NCBI GenBank assembly: GCA_963815195.1
Contig: CAWFGE010000007.1
Coordinates: 1 to 64,000 of the forward strand
From: an uncultured Planctomycetaceae bacterium
GTDB lineage: Bacteria > Planctomycetota > Planctomycetia > Planctomycetales > Planctomycetaceae
Direction of reading: 5' to 3'
DNA length: 64,000 nt
Shown: in pieces, positions 9,072 through 20,643 of the stretch
Layout: each line of letters starts with the position of its first letter
How positions within the stretch are numbered: position 1 is the stretch's first letter
Made by a program: the position numbers and the translations under genes
Notes under the pieces: generated by a model
Seen by the model: the letters and a program-made list of their open reading frames with translations, nothing else
The model's database searches: none
Told to the model about the DNA's origin: nothing

Positions 9072-11402
9072 TCATGGTTCGCGAAACGTCGGGCTTTGGA
9101 CAATGTCATGGATCAGCGACCGCAGACCGTAGTTTTCGGTTTTCGCGCGGGCCACGATGCGTTCCACCTCCGCGCGGTCGGAAAAACCCAAATGCCGGCC
9201 GATGGCATAGGTGAGGAGTTGCCGAGCCAAGGCGCGGGGCAATGCGGTCTCATCGGCCAATAGCAGGCGTTTGTATTCGCGAACGCCGGCGAAGGCGCGG
9301 CCGTCGGGCGTTGTGCCGGAGGAATCCACGTCGGGTCCTTGGCGGTAGCGAACTTTCTGATTGGGGGACTGGGGATGCAGCGGCACGTTGACGAATTTGC
9401 CGGCCCCGGTCGTGCGGTACCATTCCCGCTGGCCGCCGATGACGTCGAAACTCTCCAGGGCGAATCCGGGCGGGTCGATGTTCCGGTGGCAGCGGTTGCA
9501 GCTCGCGTGGCTGCGGTGTTTGGCCAGTTGATCCCGAATCGAAGTGGCTCCGCGGATGTCGGGTTCGATCGCGGCCACGCTCGGCGGAGGAGGGGGTGGA
9601 GGCGTCCCGAAAAGATTCCCCAGCACCCAGGCCCCGCGAAGCACCGGCGACGTTCGCGTGCCGTCGGCCGAGACTTTCAGCACGCTCGCCTGCGTCAAGA
9701 CGCCTCCGCGCAGGCTACCGTCCGGCAGCTTCACCCGGCGAACGTCCAATCCGGAAACGCCGTCGATCCCGTAGAACTCCGCCAACGGCTCGTTGATCAT
9801 CACGAAGTCTGAATCCAAAAACGTCTGCACGCTGTGATTCTGGCCAAGAATCTCGCCGAAGAAGGCGTAGGTTTCCTCCAGCATCGAACGCCTGAGGAGC
9901 TGGTTGTATTCGGGATAGAGCCGATCGTTGGGGACCGTGAAATCGATGTCCCGCAGCTTGAGCCATTGGTCGGTGAAGTTCTTCACGAACCGTTTGGACT
10001 TGGGATCGTTGAGCATTCGCTCGACCTGGGCGTTGAGCACCTCCGGCTGATGCAGCTCGCCGCGGTCGGCCAGCTTTTCGAGTTCCGGATCCGGCAGGGA
10101 ACTCCACAGAAAATACGACAGCCGCGAGGCGAGGGCGAAATCGTCGATGAACTGCGGATCGTCTCCGAGCGGCTCTTCCAGAAACAGAAACTCCGGCGCG
10201 CACAGCACGCCCTTGAGAGCCCGCCTGAGCGCCTTGTCGAACGGCAGCCCTTCGTCCAGCGCGTGTTTGGCCAAGTCGACGTAGGGTTTTAATTGGGATT
10301 CGCCCGCGGGCCGGCGAAACGCGCGGGGGATGACCCGCGAGAGAACCGTGCGGACATCGTCCAGCGTGCCTTTGGCGGGATCGATCTGGCCGAGCAAACC
10401 GGCTCGGCTCTTGCGGGGCCAATCTTCCAGCGGGCCTTCGATGCGAATGTCGCCCAGGAAGAATCCGGGACCTTTGTATTTCTCCGCATTGACGCTCCAC
10501 CAGGGATACCCTTCGACCAATCCGAACGCGAACGTGTCGCCGCGCTCCGGAGCGCGGTCGGTCAATTCGATCGTGGTCATCTTGCCGGGCGGCACGTCAA
10601 AGAAGCCGGCGACATGCCCCGCAACACGTCCCGTGACACCGCCTTCCACGCGCATGATCACGGGCCGCTCGCTTTGCACGGCTTTCGCTTGGATCGTCAG
10701 CCGATAAAGACCCGGCCCCGGCACGGCCGAGCCATACAGCGGCAGCGTCTTCGCACCGCTGAACAGCACCACGCCGTCGGGCAGAACCCGGTCGGCGGTC
10801 GTCTTCGACCGGAGATCTTTGATGTTGACCGTCTCGTCGATCCGCTTGGGCTCCTGCGGCGGGCCGAAGACTTCATCGAGCACCAGGTCGGCCGCCTCCA
10901 GATACACGACCATTTGCTCGGCGGAGATCGACAAACCGGAGCCGATCGTATTGAATCCTTGTTCCGGCGAATCGTTCGGCAGCACGTTTTCGAGGTCCAC
11001 AGAGATCCCGAACAGGTCGCAGACGGTGTTTTCGTATTCCCCGCGGTTCAATCGCCGGAGCACCACTTCGCGGCCGGCCAGGTCCGCGGCGGCGAGCGAA
11101 TCGCCCAGCGTCTTGAGAAATGCCGACCGCTCGGCGGGTTGGGGCTGTTCCGCCGATTCGGGGGGCATTTCGCCCTTGGCAACGCGGTCGTAAAGATAGA
11201 CCCAGCGCCGGCGGACTTCGGCATCGGTCAGGTCTTGGGGCAACTGGTCCAGATGGAATCCAGCCTCGGGCTCCTTTCCGGAATGGCAATCCGCGCAGTG
11301 TTTCTTCAGGAAGGCTTGCGTTGGAACCGGCATGTCCGCGCGGACAGTCGCTGCAAAACCGAGAACGACAACTGCCAACAGGAATCTCGAAGACAACGTC
11401 AT
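9072..11402 (-). CDS. DUF1587/DUF1592/DUF1588/DUF1585 protein with cytochrome c-like CxxCH motifs
   Basis: HCADCH; RRLNRGEYENTV; LASRLSYFLWSSLPD; RGGVLTQASVL; TSPVLRG; SCNRCHRNIDPPGFALE. Confidence 0.93.
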   Translation of the reverse strand: MTLSSRFLLAVVVLGFAATVRADMPVPTQAFLKKHCADCHSGKEPEAGFHLDQLPQDLTDAEVRRRWVYLYDRVAKGEMPPESAEQPQPAERSAFLKTLGDSLAAADLAGREVVLRRLNRGEYENTVCDLFGISVDLENVLPNDSPEQGFNTIGSGLSISAEQMVVYLEAADLVLDEVFGPPQEPKRIDETVNIKDLRSKTTADRVLPDGVVLFSGAKTLPLYGSAVPGPGLYRLTIQAKAVQSERPVIMRVEGGVTGRVAGHVAGFFDVPPGKMTTIELTDRAPERGDTFAFGLVEGYPWWSVNAEKYKGPGFFLGDIRIEGPLEDWPRKSRAGLLGQIDPAKGTLDDVRTVLSRVIPRAFRRPAGESQLKPYVDLAKHALDEGLPFDKALRRALKGVLCAPEFLFLEEPLGDDPQFIDDFALASRLSYFLWSSLPDPELEKLADRGELHQPEVLNAQVERMLNDPKSKRFVKNFTDQWLKLRDIDFTVPNDRLYPEYNQLLRRSMLEETYAFFGEILGQNHSVQTFLDSDFVMINEPLAEFYGIDGVSGLDVRRVKLPDGSLRGGVLTQASVLKVSADGTRTSPVLRGAWVLGNLFGTPPPPPPPSVAAIEPDIRGATSIRDQLAKHRSHASCNRCHRNIDPPGFALESFDVIGGQREWYRTTGAGKFVNVPLHPQSPNQKVRYRQGPDVDSSGTTPDGRAFAGVREYKRLLLADETALPRALARQLLTYAIGRHLGFSDRAEVERIVARAKTENYGLRSLIHDIVQSPTFREP

Positions 11403-11695
11403 CTCCCACCGCGATGCGAAAGTGGCGCGAACCGGAACAGCGGACTCCGTCGAGCCGGTGTGTTTGAAGCAACCGCCCTCCCATTGAGCCTAATCCGGCC
11501 AAACTCCAAATGCAATGTATGGGCATTCGTTTGCACACGCTCGTGATTCGGCGAGGGAAGCCTTCGAGCTTTCGGGATTCTTGCATCAAGGTGTTTCGAT
11601 GGGTAAAGTGGGGTGCCTGGAATGTTCAGGATCTTTCCGAACAAACACCGGCCAGGCGGTCAGGTTGCTTTCACCCGTTCAAAGGAAATTCGCCC

Positions 11696-12922
11696 ATGAG
11701 AAAACCCATACACATGTTGTTCGCTGTTTTGATCCTGGGCAGCTTCGCGGAAGCCGGCGACTGGCCGGCCTGGCGCGGGCCGACCGGTCAAGGGTTTTGT
11801 GAAGAGAAACCGGTCCTGTTGAATTGGAGCGATACCGAAAACGTGAAGTGGAAAGTGCCGCTCGCGCATCAAGGCAATTCCACGCCGATCGTCTGGGGCG
11901 GCAAAATCTTTCTGACCCAGGCCATCAAAGACGGCTTGACCCGGAGCTTGTTGTGCTTCGACCGCAAGGACGGCAAACTCCTGTGGCAGAAGGACGTGGA
12001 GTATCCGGAGAAGGAGCGGAACTGGAACGACAACTGGTATTGCAACGCGTCGCCCGCGACCGATGGCGAGCGCGTGGTCGTCAGCTTCGGTTCCGCCGGC
12101 ATGTATTGCTACGACTTCGAGGGGAAAGAGCTTTGGAAGCGGACGGACTTGGGGAAATGGGACCATCAATTCGGCAACGGCTCTTCGCCGGTGCTCTACG
12201 GCGACCTGGCGATCCTGTGGTGCGGGCCCAATCAAAAGGAGGGCCGAAACTTTTTATTGGCGGTCAAGAAACAGACGGGCGAAACCGTCTGGGAGCACGA
12301 CGAGAAAGCCGGCTCCTGGAGCACGCCTTTGATCATCAACGCCAATGGACGCGATCAGCTTTTGCTGAGCACCGTTCCGGACCTCAAGGGCCTCGATCCC
12401 AAGACGGGCGAAGAGCTTTGGCGCTGCGACGGCCTGAATAAATATGTTTACACGTCGCCTCTGTTCGGCAACGGCGTGGCGGTCGCCATGTCCGGCTACA
12501 CCGGAGCCGCGCTCGCGGTCAAGCTGGGCGGCTCGGGCGACATCACCAAGGACCGCCTTTGGCTCCATCCCAAGAACACGCAGCGCGTCGGCTCCGGGAT
12601 GATTGTGGGCGACTATGTTTACATCATCGAAGAAACCGGCATCCCGCACGCCTACGATCTCCACACCGGCGAAGAAGTCTGGAAACTGACCAAGCGCCCC
12701 AGCGGCGGGCAAACGTGGGGCTCGATGGTTCATGCGGACGGCCGGCTGTATGTCCTCATGCGAAACGGCAGCACCCAAGTTTTCGCCGCCAGCCCCAAAT
12801 ACGAACTGCTGGCGACCAACACGCTCAAGGGAGCATCGACGAACTCGTCCCTCGTGATTTCCGACGGCGACATTTTCATCCGCACGTTCCAGCATTTATG
12901 GTGCATCGGCAAAACCGAGTAA
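11696..12922 (+). CDS. PQQ-like beta-propeller (BamB-like) secreted protein
   Basis: Signal peptide followed by DWPAWRGPTGQG; NVKWKVPL; repeated G+LW blade motifs. Confidence 0.9.
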   Translation: MRKPIHMLFAVLILGSFAEAGDWPAWRGPTGQGFCEEKPVLLNWSDTENVKWKVPLAHQGNSTPIVWGGKIFLTQAIKDGLTRSLLCFDRKDGKLLWQKDVEYPEKERNWNDNWYCNASPATDGERVVVSFGSAGMYCYDFEGKELWKRTDLGKWDHQFGNGSSPVLYGDLAILWCGPNQKEGRNFLLAVKKQTGETVWEHDEKAGSWSTPLIINANGRDQLLLSTVPDLKGLDPKTGEELWRCDGLNKYVYTSPLFGNGVAVAMSGYTGAALAVKLGGSGDITKDRLWLHPKNTQRVGSGMIVGDYVYIIEETGIPHAYDLHTGEEVWKLTKRPSGGQTWGSMVHADGRLYVLMRNGSTQVFAASPKYELLATNTLKGASTNSSLVISDGDIFIRTFQHLWCIGKTE

Positions 12923-13134
12923 CCCCGACGCGACATTAGTAGAGCTCCGTCAGAGCATGAATTTCGGGTTGAAAAATTTGCCTCCTCACCAGAATCTGTG
13001 GGTGAATTTTTGGCTCTGGACGGCCCGCGCCGCTGCTGCGAATACCAGCGAACCCCTTGCGCGATAAACGGCTTTCGAACCCATTGCTTTCGACAAATGC
13101 GTCACGGGTTCCGAATTGGCGAAACTGGCTCACG

Positions 13135-14862
13135 TCACGCAGCCGCGGATGACGCAGATTTTGAATCTTTTGTATTTGGCACCGGAGATTCAGGAACCTC
13201 GGGCTCAATGAGCCTCAATGCCTTGGCGGCATTCTCACGGAGTATCTCCGAATCCCGATCCTCCCCACGCTGCGGTTCAGTGTTCGCCAATTTCGTGAGA
13301 ACGGGAATGCCGGCTTTGGCTGCTGGACCAATCCGCCCCAGTGCCTCAGCCACTTTCGACCGGGCATAGTCTGAGCTTCTCTCGTTCAATTCCTGAATAA
13401 GGACCGGAACCGCGGATTTTGCCTCGGGACCAATTTCGCCCAGCGCTTCGGCGGAGTAACCGCAGACATAATCAGATTCCGAGTTTAGCGCATCGATCAG
13501 GGCGGGGATCACCGCCTTGGACGCCGCGCCAATCCTGCGCCAATGCCTGGCAGGAGAAATACTCGTTTCGTTTTCGTTTCAGACATTCGACGAGCGCGCC
13601 GGTGGCATCTTTGGCATCCGGGCCGAGCATCCCCAACGCCTCGGCGGCGGCTGAGTGGACACTGGCGTTGAGTTCCTGCAAGCGTGGCACAAATAGTGGG
13701 ACGGCCTCGTCTGGCGGCAGAATCTGGATGAGTGCTCTCGCAGCTACGTGGCAGATGTTCTGGTCGTCCAGAGCTTTCGTCAGCGCGGGAACCGCGTCTC
13801 TGGCTGCCGGGCCGAATTGCCCCAGCGCTGCGGCGGCATTGTCGCGATCCGGATGATTGCGCTGCAGTTCCGCGACGAGCATGGGAACGGCCTTCCTGGC
13901 TGCCGCACGGACTGCGGGAAGGTCGGCTTCGTCGCCCAGCACGAGCGCTTTGATCGTTGCCGGTGCCGTCTCGCCGGGCTCCAATCCCTCCACCGTCAGC
14001 GTCAATTTCGCATAACCGCCGCCCGCCTCGTTTGGAACCCGCACGGGCCCCGCGAACAGGCATTTCCCCCAGCTCCACCCTTCGGCCCGTAATGACTGCC
14101 TGGAAAGGATCGGCGGTGCGTCGGCGGTGCGTGCGGGAAACTCAATCTCTGCCAGCACCGTTCGGCCTCCCTTGGTGAGACCCGGCACACCGTCCCCATC
14201 CATGACGGTAAACGTACCCGGTCCAAGACCGCGGCTGCCGGCCATCAGGTTCAGCCATTCAAATTGCGAATCTCGCGTTTCATCCGCGGAGCGAAAGGCA
14301 AAGTTCATCGGCGTAAACGCAGCCAGCGTGATGGGACCATTGGGATGAATGATCGGAGCATCGGCCGGTTTCGCCGCCAACCGGGGCCTGGCGAAATCAT
14401 CACGACCCACAAATCGGTAAGCGGCATGAGGGGAACGGAGTGCAACGCTAAACTTCGAATCCTCCCACACTCGGATTCGGAGCTTCTCATGCGCCGTTTT
14501 GCCGTCCGCTTCGGTAACCTCTCCCAGGAGAAACCATCCGCAATCTTTCTTGTCGACGCACTCGCCGGCTTCGGTCAAGTCGCCGTTGCCGTTGCGGTCG
14601 AGATAAACATGGTCGCCGTCCACCACGAGCCAGACTCGCGTCTTGGCTTTCAGCCCAAACACCAACAGGCAATATCCCGGCGACTCGGTCTGGTAAGCCG
14701 GTTCCTTCGCGATCGTGCGTGGTATTTCCGCCAGGCTGAAGGTTTTCGCCCTGCCGCAAATAATCGGGTGTCTCTGCGGCGGCAGGAAACGCACTCGCCA
14801 GCAGGAGCAAGATCTGCGCATGCCATGATCGGCCTGGGTGAGTTGAAATCGATCCCACGCAT
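13135..14862 (-). CDS. Secreted protein with C-terminal HEAT/PBS repeats (frameshifted)
   Basis: IAKEPAY..YCLLVFG..RVWLVVDGD..DRNGNGDLTE domain; repeats of AAEALGxIGPxAKxAVPxL. Confidence 0.8.
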
Positions 14863-15041
14863 CTTGGATTCCCTCCGGAAAACAGAAATGGCAGGTCTGG
14901 TTACCGCCACTTCTTGGTAGGTGGTGTCACCACGCGGCACGAATTTATCCCTCGACTATGCTACCGTGCGAGAATTAGAAAGGAAACACGACGATAACAA
15001 TCCCTGCGATCGTGCTTTTTTCATCTTTCAGCAAGTCGCTG

Positions 15042-15315
15042 TCAAGAATCCGCCAACCGATCTTTCGTGCTTTTTAGGCAAACGTCCAAATCCTGTAACC
15101 GTTCAACCAATGCCGCCGCCACGGCGGTCGGAGTCTTGTGACTGGTGTGGGCGACGAAATCGGGCACGGTGACGTCGATTTCGTGACCAATACCCATCCA
15201 AACCGGCTTCCGGCATTGGGCAATGGCATGGCCAATTTCGTCCCGATCAAAGCTGGCCAAGTCCAGCGGAGAGCCGCCACCGCGAACCAAACAAATCACA
15301 TCAATGTCCCGACGT
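15042..15315 (-). pseudogene. xseA: Internal fragment of exodeoxyribonuclease VII large subunit-like gene
   Basis: DVICLVRGGGSPLDLASFD..PVWMGIGHEIDVTVPDFVA..KTPTAVA. N- and C-terminal parts absent. Confidence 0.8.
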
Positions 15316-15323
15316 TCGGAGGT

Positions 15324-15560
15324 TCCGATCAGAAACCGACGGAGAAAGTCACGGGGAAAGTTACCTTTGAGGGAAAACCCGTGACCGAGGGCAAGGTGAC
15401 GTTCCTCTCGAAGGACGGGGTCGGCGCGACGGCGAATCTGGACTCTTCCGGGAGTTTCGCCATTGAGAAACTGCAAGTCGGCAAATACGTCGTGGCCGTC
15501 ACGCCGCCTGCATTGACCGAAGCCGGAGACCCGTCCGAAATGTCCGCAACGAAAACCAAA
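15324..15560 (+). pseudogene. Truncated paralog of the 17069-17515 lipoprotein
   Basis: KPTEKVTGKVTFEGKPVTEGKV..LDSSGSF..GKYVVAVTPP. No signal peptide or C-terminus. Confidence 0.75.
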
Positions 15561-15881
15561 GCCTCCGCGATCCTCGCAAGATGGATGCTGAGGTTTTCCC
15601 ATCACCAAACCTCTCGATTCTCCCTGCCCGCAACATTTCTGGCTCGCATCGAACCGCAATTCCCTTCAATTCTTGCGGAATTATGTTCACGTGTGTTTTA
15701 TTGCTCAGATTCGTGATGAAAATTTCAAATCAAGAATCTTGAATTAGAAGATTACGTTGGTTAACGTGATGGGTGATAATTCTATCAGACTGTTCTTATC
15801 CTCCCCCATCGGGGATTTTCGCCATGACCAAGAAGTTCCACCTTAATTCTTTTTGTCCCGTTCTTCTTTGAAAGGTCGAGC

Positions 15882-16911
15882 ATGAGAGCCTCATTCCCCC
15901 TCCCCGTACCGAAGGCGAAGACGCGCGCCTTCACGCTGATCGAATTGCTGGTGGTCATTGCGATTATTGCGATTCTGATTGCCCTGTTGCTGCCTGCAGT
16001 TCAACAGGCGCGAAGCCGCCCGCCGGTCCAGTTGTAAGAACAATATGAAGAACATCTGCTTGGCGCTCATGAACTACCACTCCACCTATACAAGGTTTCC
16101 GATTGGGGAAACGGGGGCGGGCGTTAGCCGAGTAAGCGGCGGGGGGGCTTGGGCTGGCCCCAACTGGAGGGTGTCGATCCTCCCCGACCTGGATCAAAAT
16201 CCGGTGTATAAGCAATTGAATTTCATCAACGATACGTTCGATGCGGGGCGTCCCGGTTTCAATGTGGTCAACAAAAACAACAAGATCTTGAGCGGCTTCA
16301 CGATGTCGGTTTACAAGTGCCCGTCAAGTGCGGCCCCGATCAACGGCACCAACCAATCTCCCAGCCCGACCAACAACAACAAGCACAACGCGATGCTGAT
16401 TGATTACGTCGGCATGTCGGGCGCCACCGGCCAAACCGGCTTTACCGTCACGGGACAGTGCTCGTCGCAGACCGGTTATGGCGGGATCTATTGCAACAAT
16501 GGGATTCTCGCCCCGAACGATTGCTTCGCCATCCGGGACATTATCGACGGCCCTTCCAATACGATCATCGTCGCCGAGCAGTCCGGGATGATTGCCAACC
16601 TGCGGGACATTCGCAGCAACTATTACGGCGGATGGTGCGGGCATACATCCGGCGCTAAGGCCCCAAGTATGACCGGCAGTCCGTGGGGCAGCGGGACGAC
16701 CTCCGTCCGCTATCAAATCAACTCACTCTCCACGGCCGTGGGATCGGACAGTACCTGGGATGCCAATACCGTCCTCAATTCATTCCACGTGGGAGGAATC
16801 CATGTGGCATTGGCGGATGGAAGCGTGCATTTCATTTCCGAAAACATCAACATGCTTACTCTCAGGCGCTTGGCGTCGAGACAAGATGGGCAACCGGTGG
16901 GACAGTTTTAG
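15882..16911 (+). CDS. DUF1559 prepilin-type N-terminal cleavage protein (frameshift near 16010)
   Basis: [44 protein letters not shown]-terminal [23 protein letters not shown] (H-X9-DG). Confidence 0.93.
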
Positions 16912-17068
16912 TCCGGCAACCGGTGGGACTTCTTGTAATCCTCCAAATCAAATTGGGAACTCGCGGGACTTGTTCCATCCAAAACCGGAAACGGTCCCGC
17001 GATGTTTCAGATGCTTTTCTTTGGCTGACCCTCTCGCACTTTCTATCAGAACGCTTGGATTATTGCTC

Positions 17069-17515
17069 ATGACACGCTCCTTAGTCACCCCCATCGCCTG
17101 CTTGTTTTGTCTTGTTCTCGGCTGCGGCGGCCCGGCGAAGAAGCCCACGGAAAACGTCACCGGGAGGGTGACTTTTGAAGGGAAGCCGGTCACCGAGGGC
17201 GAAGTTCACTTTTACGCTGATGACGGAGCGGCCGCTTCGGTGAAATTGGATTCCTCGGGCAACTTCACCATTGAGCAGTTGCCGATCGGCAAATACAAAG
17301 TTTCCGTGACGCCCCCTCAAATCACGGAAGTGCCCGCGGAGGATCCCTCCAAAATGGCGCCTCCCAAAAAATACGAGAATATCCCCGACGGCTATCAGAG
17401 CGAGGTAACCACCGACCTGGTGGCCGAGGTGAAAGAGGGTAAGGAAAACAAGTTTACGTTTGACATGGTGCGTGGAGGCGGCCAATCGTCCAATCCCATG
17501 GAACAAGCCCCGTAA
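17069..17515 (+). CDS. Carboxypeptidase-regulatory-like domain lipoprotein (usual DUF1559 partner)
   Basis: Lipobox LVLGC; VTGRVTFEGKPV; GKYKVSV; IPDGY..TTDLVAEV..N.FTFDM. Confidence 0.85.
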   Translation: MTRSLVTPIACLFCLVLGCGGPAKKPTENVTGRVTFEGKPVTEGEVHFYADDGAAASVKLDSSGNFTIEQLPIGKYKVSVTPPQITEVPAEDPSKMAPPKKYENIPDGYQSEVTTDLVAEVKEGKENKFTFDMVRGGGQSSNPMEQAP

Positions 17516-17536
17516 GCACAAAAGATTTACGCCCAT

Positions 17537-20500
17537 TTGACTCTTCAGCGCACTGCGCCGCGAGGCGCGGTCGCCATATCTGTGGAACAAGTTGTCTTGG
17601 AGCGACCGTTTTCTAAGAACAGACGGCGATTCCTCCTGGCGGGAATCGTTTTGCTGATTGGGGGGATGGCGGTTGGAGTCTTTTTCTTCTTTCCGCGGCC
17701 GTCTTCCAATCTCCAGGAGTTGACGAACCAGGCGCAATCGGCCTATGCCGCCAGCCGCTTTGATGACGCGCTGCGTCTGGCCCAAGACGTTCTGAAAACC
17801 GAACCGGAACATTCCCTGGCGTTGTTGTTGGCAGGCCGGTCACTCGTTCAAATGAATCGCTTTGATGAGGCGCTTTCCTATTTGGACCGCGTTCCCAGGA
17901 CGGATCCCGGCGTCTTTTCTCAAGCCCAAATCTCAGCGGGCGAGCTGCTTCTCCTTGATAAGCGCAGTTTGTCGGAGGCCAGGCGGCGCTTTGAGGCGCG
18001 CTTGAAGTGGCCCCCAACGACCCGTCGGCCAACGACCTGTTGGCGTTCATCTACGGATTGACCAGCCAGTATTTCCAACAGGTTCCACTGCGGTTGCGGC
18101 TCATGCAGATGGACCGCTTTGTGCCTGCGCATTTATTGTTTTTGGCGTTGGGCGAAGAGTCCCTGGAAAATGCCGAGATGATCGAGGCCTACCATCTTGC
18201 ACAGCCGGACGACCCTTTGCCTTACATCACCCTGGGCCGTATCGCGCAGGAGAAGCAGGACTTCGCCATTGCCCGGCGGCATTTTGAAACGGCCATTCGT
18301 CTCGATCCCCAATTGATGGCGGCGCAGGTTCGCTTGGGGAAGCTCCTTTTCGAGCAGGAAAAATGGCCGGCGTTTCTCGCGTGGCATGAGAAGTTGCCCC
18401 CAGCGGCGGACGGGCATTCGGGAATATGGCTTCTGCGGGGCGATTTTGCGATGAAACATCTGGGCGATCGGCAAGCCGCCCGCTGCTACGCCGAAGCCCT
18501 TCGCCTGGACCCCAATCATTCGCATTCCAATTATCAGATGGGCCAAATCCTGATTTCGCTCAAACAATCGCAACGGGCGGCTCTATTTTTGGAGCGCGCG
18601 AAGCGGCTTCGCAAATTCATCAATGTGGTAAAAGTCGCCTATCGAGGGGAGCAGATCGCCAAGACCCAAGAAGCCGTGGAACTGGCGGAAACGCTTGGAT
18701 TACTGCGGGAAGCGGCCGCTTGGGCGACGTTGTTGGGGACGCAAGCGTATCCCGGAAGCGCAACCCAGGCTTGGGCCGAGCAAACGCGGTCGCGGCTTCG
18801 CTCCACTCTGATCGCGTTGCCCTTCACGCGCTGCACGCCGGAAGCCAACCCGATCCGCGCGATTGACGTGGACGCCTTTCCCTTGCCGGCCATTCCCGCT
18901 CCAAGTCGCCATCAAAATGCGCGGGAGGTCGTCCATCGTCAATCGGCGGACGGGAAACTTGCGGATCGTGAGGCACGGACCGCGGACGGCGAGAGGCGGG
19001 ATGTCGCCATTCGGTTCGATGATCAGGCCGAGCCGAGCGGCCTGCGGTTTCGCTATTTCAACGGCAGCGAGTCCGTGGAGCACGGGATGGAAAAAATGTA
19101 CGAATTCGCCGGCGGGGGTGTGGCAATCCTCGATTACGACGGGGACGGGCTGCCGGATGTTTTTTTCACGCAAGGCTGCCGTTGGCCTCCAAAATCAACA
19201 CCTTCGGAGTTCAATGATCGTCTGTTTCGGAATCGGGGGGACGGCCGCTTTCAGGATGTCACGCTGGCTGCCGGCCTCCGCGAAGCGGACTTTGGGCAAG
19301 GCGCAACTGTTGGGGATTTTGACAGCGACGGCTGGCCGGACCTGTTCGTCGCCAACATCGGTCAAAACCGGCTCTATCGAAACAACACCGATGGGACTTT
19401 CACCGAAATCGCCGTGGAAGCGGGCATTACCGGCAATCGGTGGTCCGCGAGCGCTGCGATGGTGGATCTCAACCGCGATGGCCTTCCCGATCTTTACGTG
19501 GTCAATTACCTGGGCGATGCCGATGTTTTCACGCGAGTGTGCGGGAATGGAGCCAAACCCGCCATCTGTCTGCCCCAAAGCTTTCACGCGGAGCAAGATC
19601 GGCTGTATCTGAACTTGGGTGACGGCCGGTTTCAAGATGTCACGGCGTCGGCAGGGATTGTTGCCGACGACGGAAAGGGCTTGGGCATCATCGCCGCCGA
19701 CCTTGATGGAACCCGGCAATTAAGCCTGTTTATCGCCAATGACACCACGCCCAACTTCTTCTTCACCAACTCCTTCGACGTGAAGACACCGCATAAATTC
19801 GAATTGACGGAGACCGCTTTGGTCGCGGGACTGGCCGTCAATCGGGAAGGAAAAACGGAATCCGGGATGGGCGTTGCCGCCGGTGATGCGAACGAGGACG
19901 GCCGCCTGGACTTGTTCGTCGCGAACTTTTTCGGCGAATCCAACACCTTGTATCAACAGGTGTCTCCCGGAGTTTTCGAGGATGTCACGCTTTCCGGGGG
20001 ATTGCATCAACCGAGTCTGCCGATGGTGGGGTTTGGATCGCAGTTTTTGGATGCCGATTTGAACGGTTGGCAAGATTTGATCGTTGCCAACGGACACATT
20101 GACGACTACCGCGACGAGCAAACGCCTTATTATCAAATGCCGCCGCAGTTTTTCGTGAATCACGGCGACGGGAGATTTCGCCTTGCCGATCCCGCTTCTT
20201 TGGGCCCGTATTTCGAGCGAAAGTATTTAGGCCGGACCGTCGCGCGAGTCGATTGGAATCGAGATGGACGGGAAGATGTCGTCATCACTCATTTGGACGC
20301 CCCGGCCGCGCTATTGACCAATACCACGTTGCAGCCCGGTGGATTTGTCGCATTGCAATTGCGGGGAGTCCAATCCCAGCGGGATGCCATTGGAACCGTC
20401 GTCAAAGCCACCTTCGCGGGCAAAACCCGCATGAGACAATTAACGGCGGGCGACGGATACTTTTGCAGCAACGAACGGCAAATTGTGATCGGGCTTGGCG

Positions 20501-20643
20501 AGGCTCCGCGAATCGATCGGCTTGACGTGGAATGGCCGTCGGGACTTCGCGAGCAGTATATCGATCTCCCGGCGGGTTCCCGGTGGCTGTTCGTCGAAGG
20601 ACACAAAACTCCGTATTCCCTTCCATCCCTCCAAAAGCCATGA
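17537..20643 (+). CDS. TM + TPR + FG-GAP + ASPIC/UnbV (CRTAC1-like) protein (frameshift near 18000)
   Basis: N-terminal TM helix; TPR-like helices; DYDGDGLPD and DFDSDGWPDL repeats; RDAIG..GDGYFCSN..GLG..VEWPSG. Confidence 0.9.

Noticed and set aside
8124..9263. ORFs such as (FVTLHLSLCICHFA)n and KCKVQSA repeats
   Set aside because: These are translations of the stop-free heptamer arrays; the long N-terminus of ORF 7061-8518 is the same artefact.
12940..13025. IS end or MITE at a hairpin (CCGTCAGAGC..GCTCTGGACGG)
   Set aside because: No partner end, TSD or transposase; could simply be a terminator between convergent genes.
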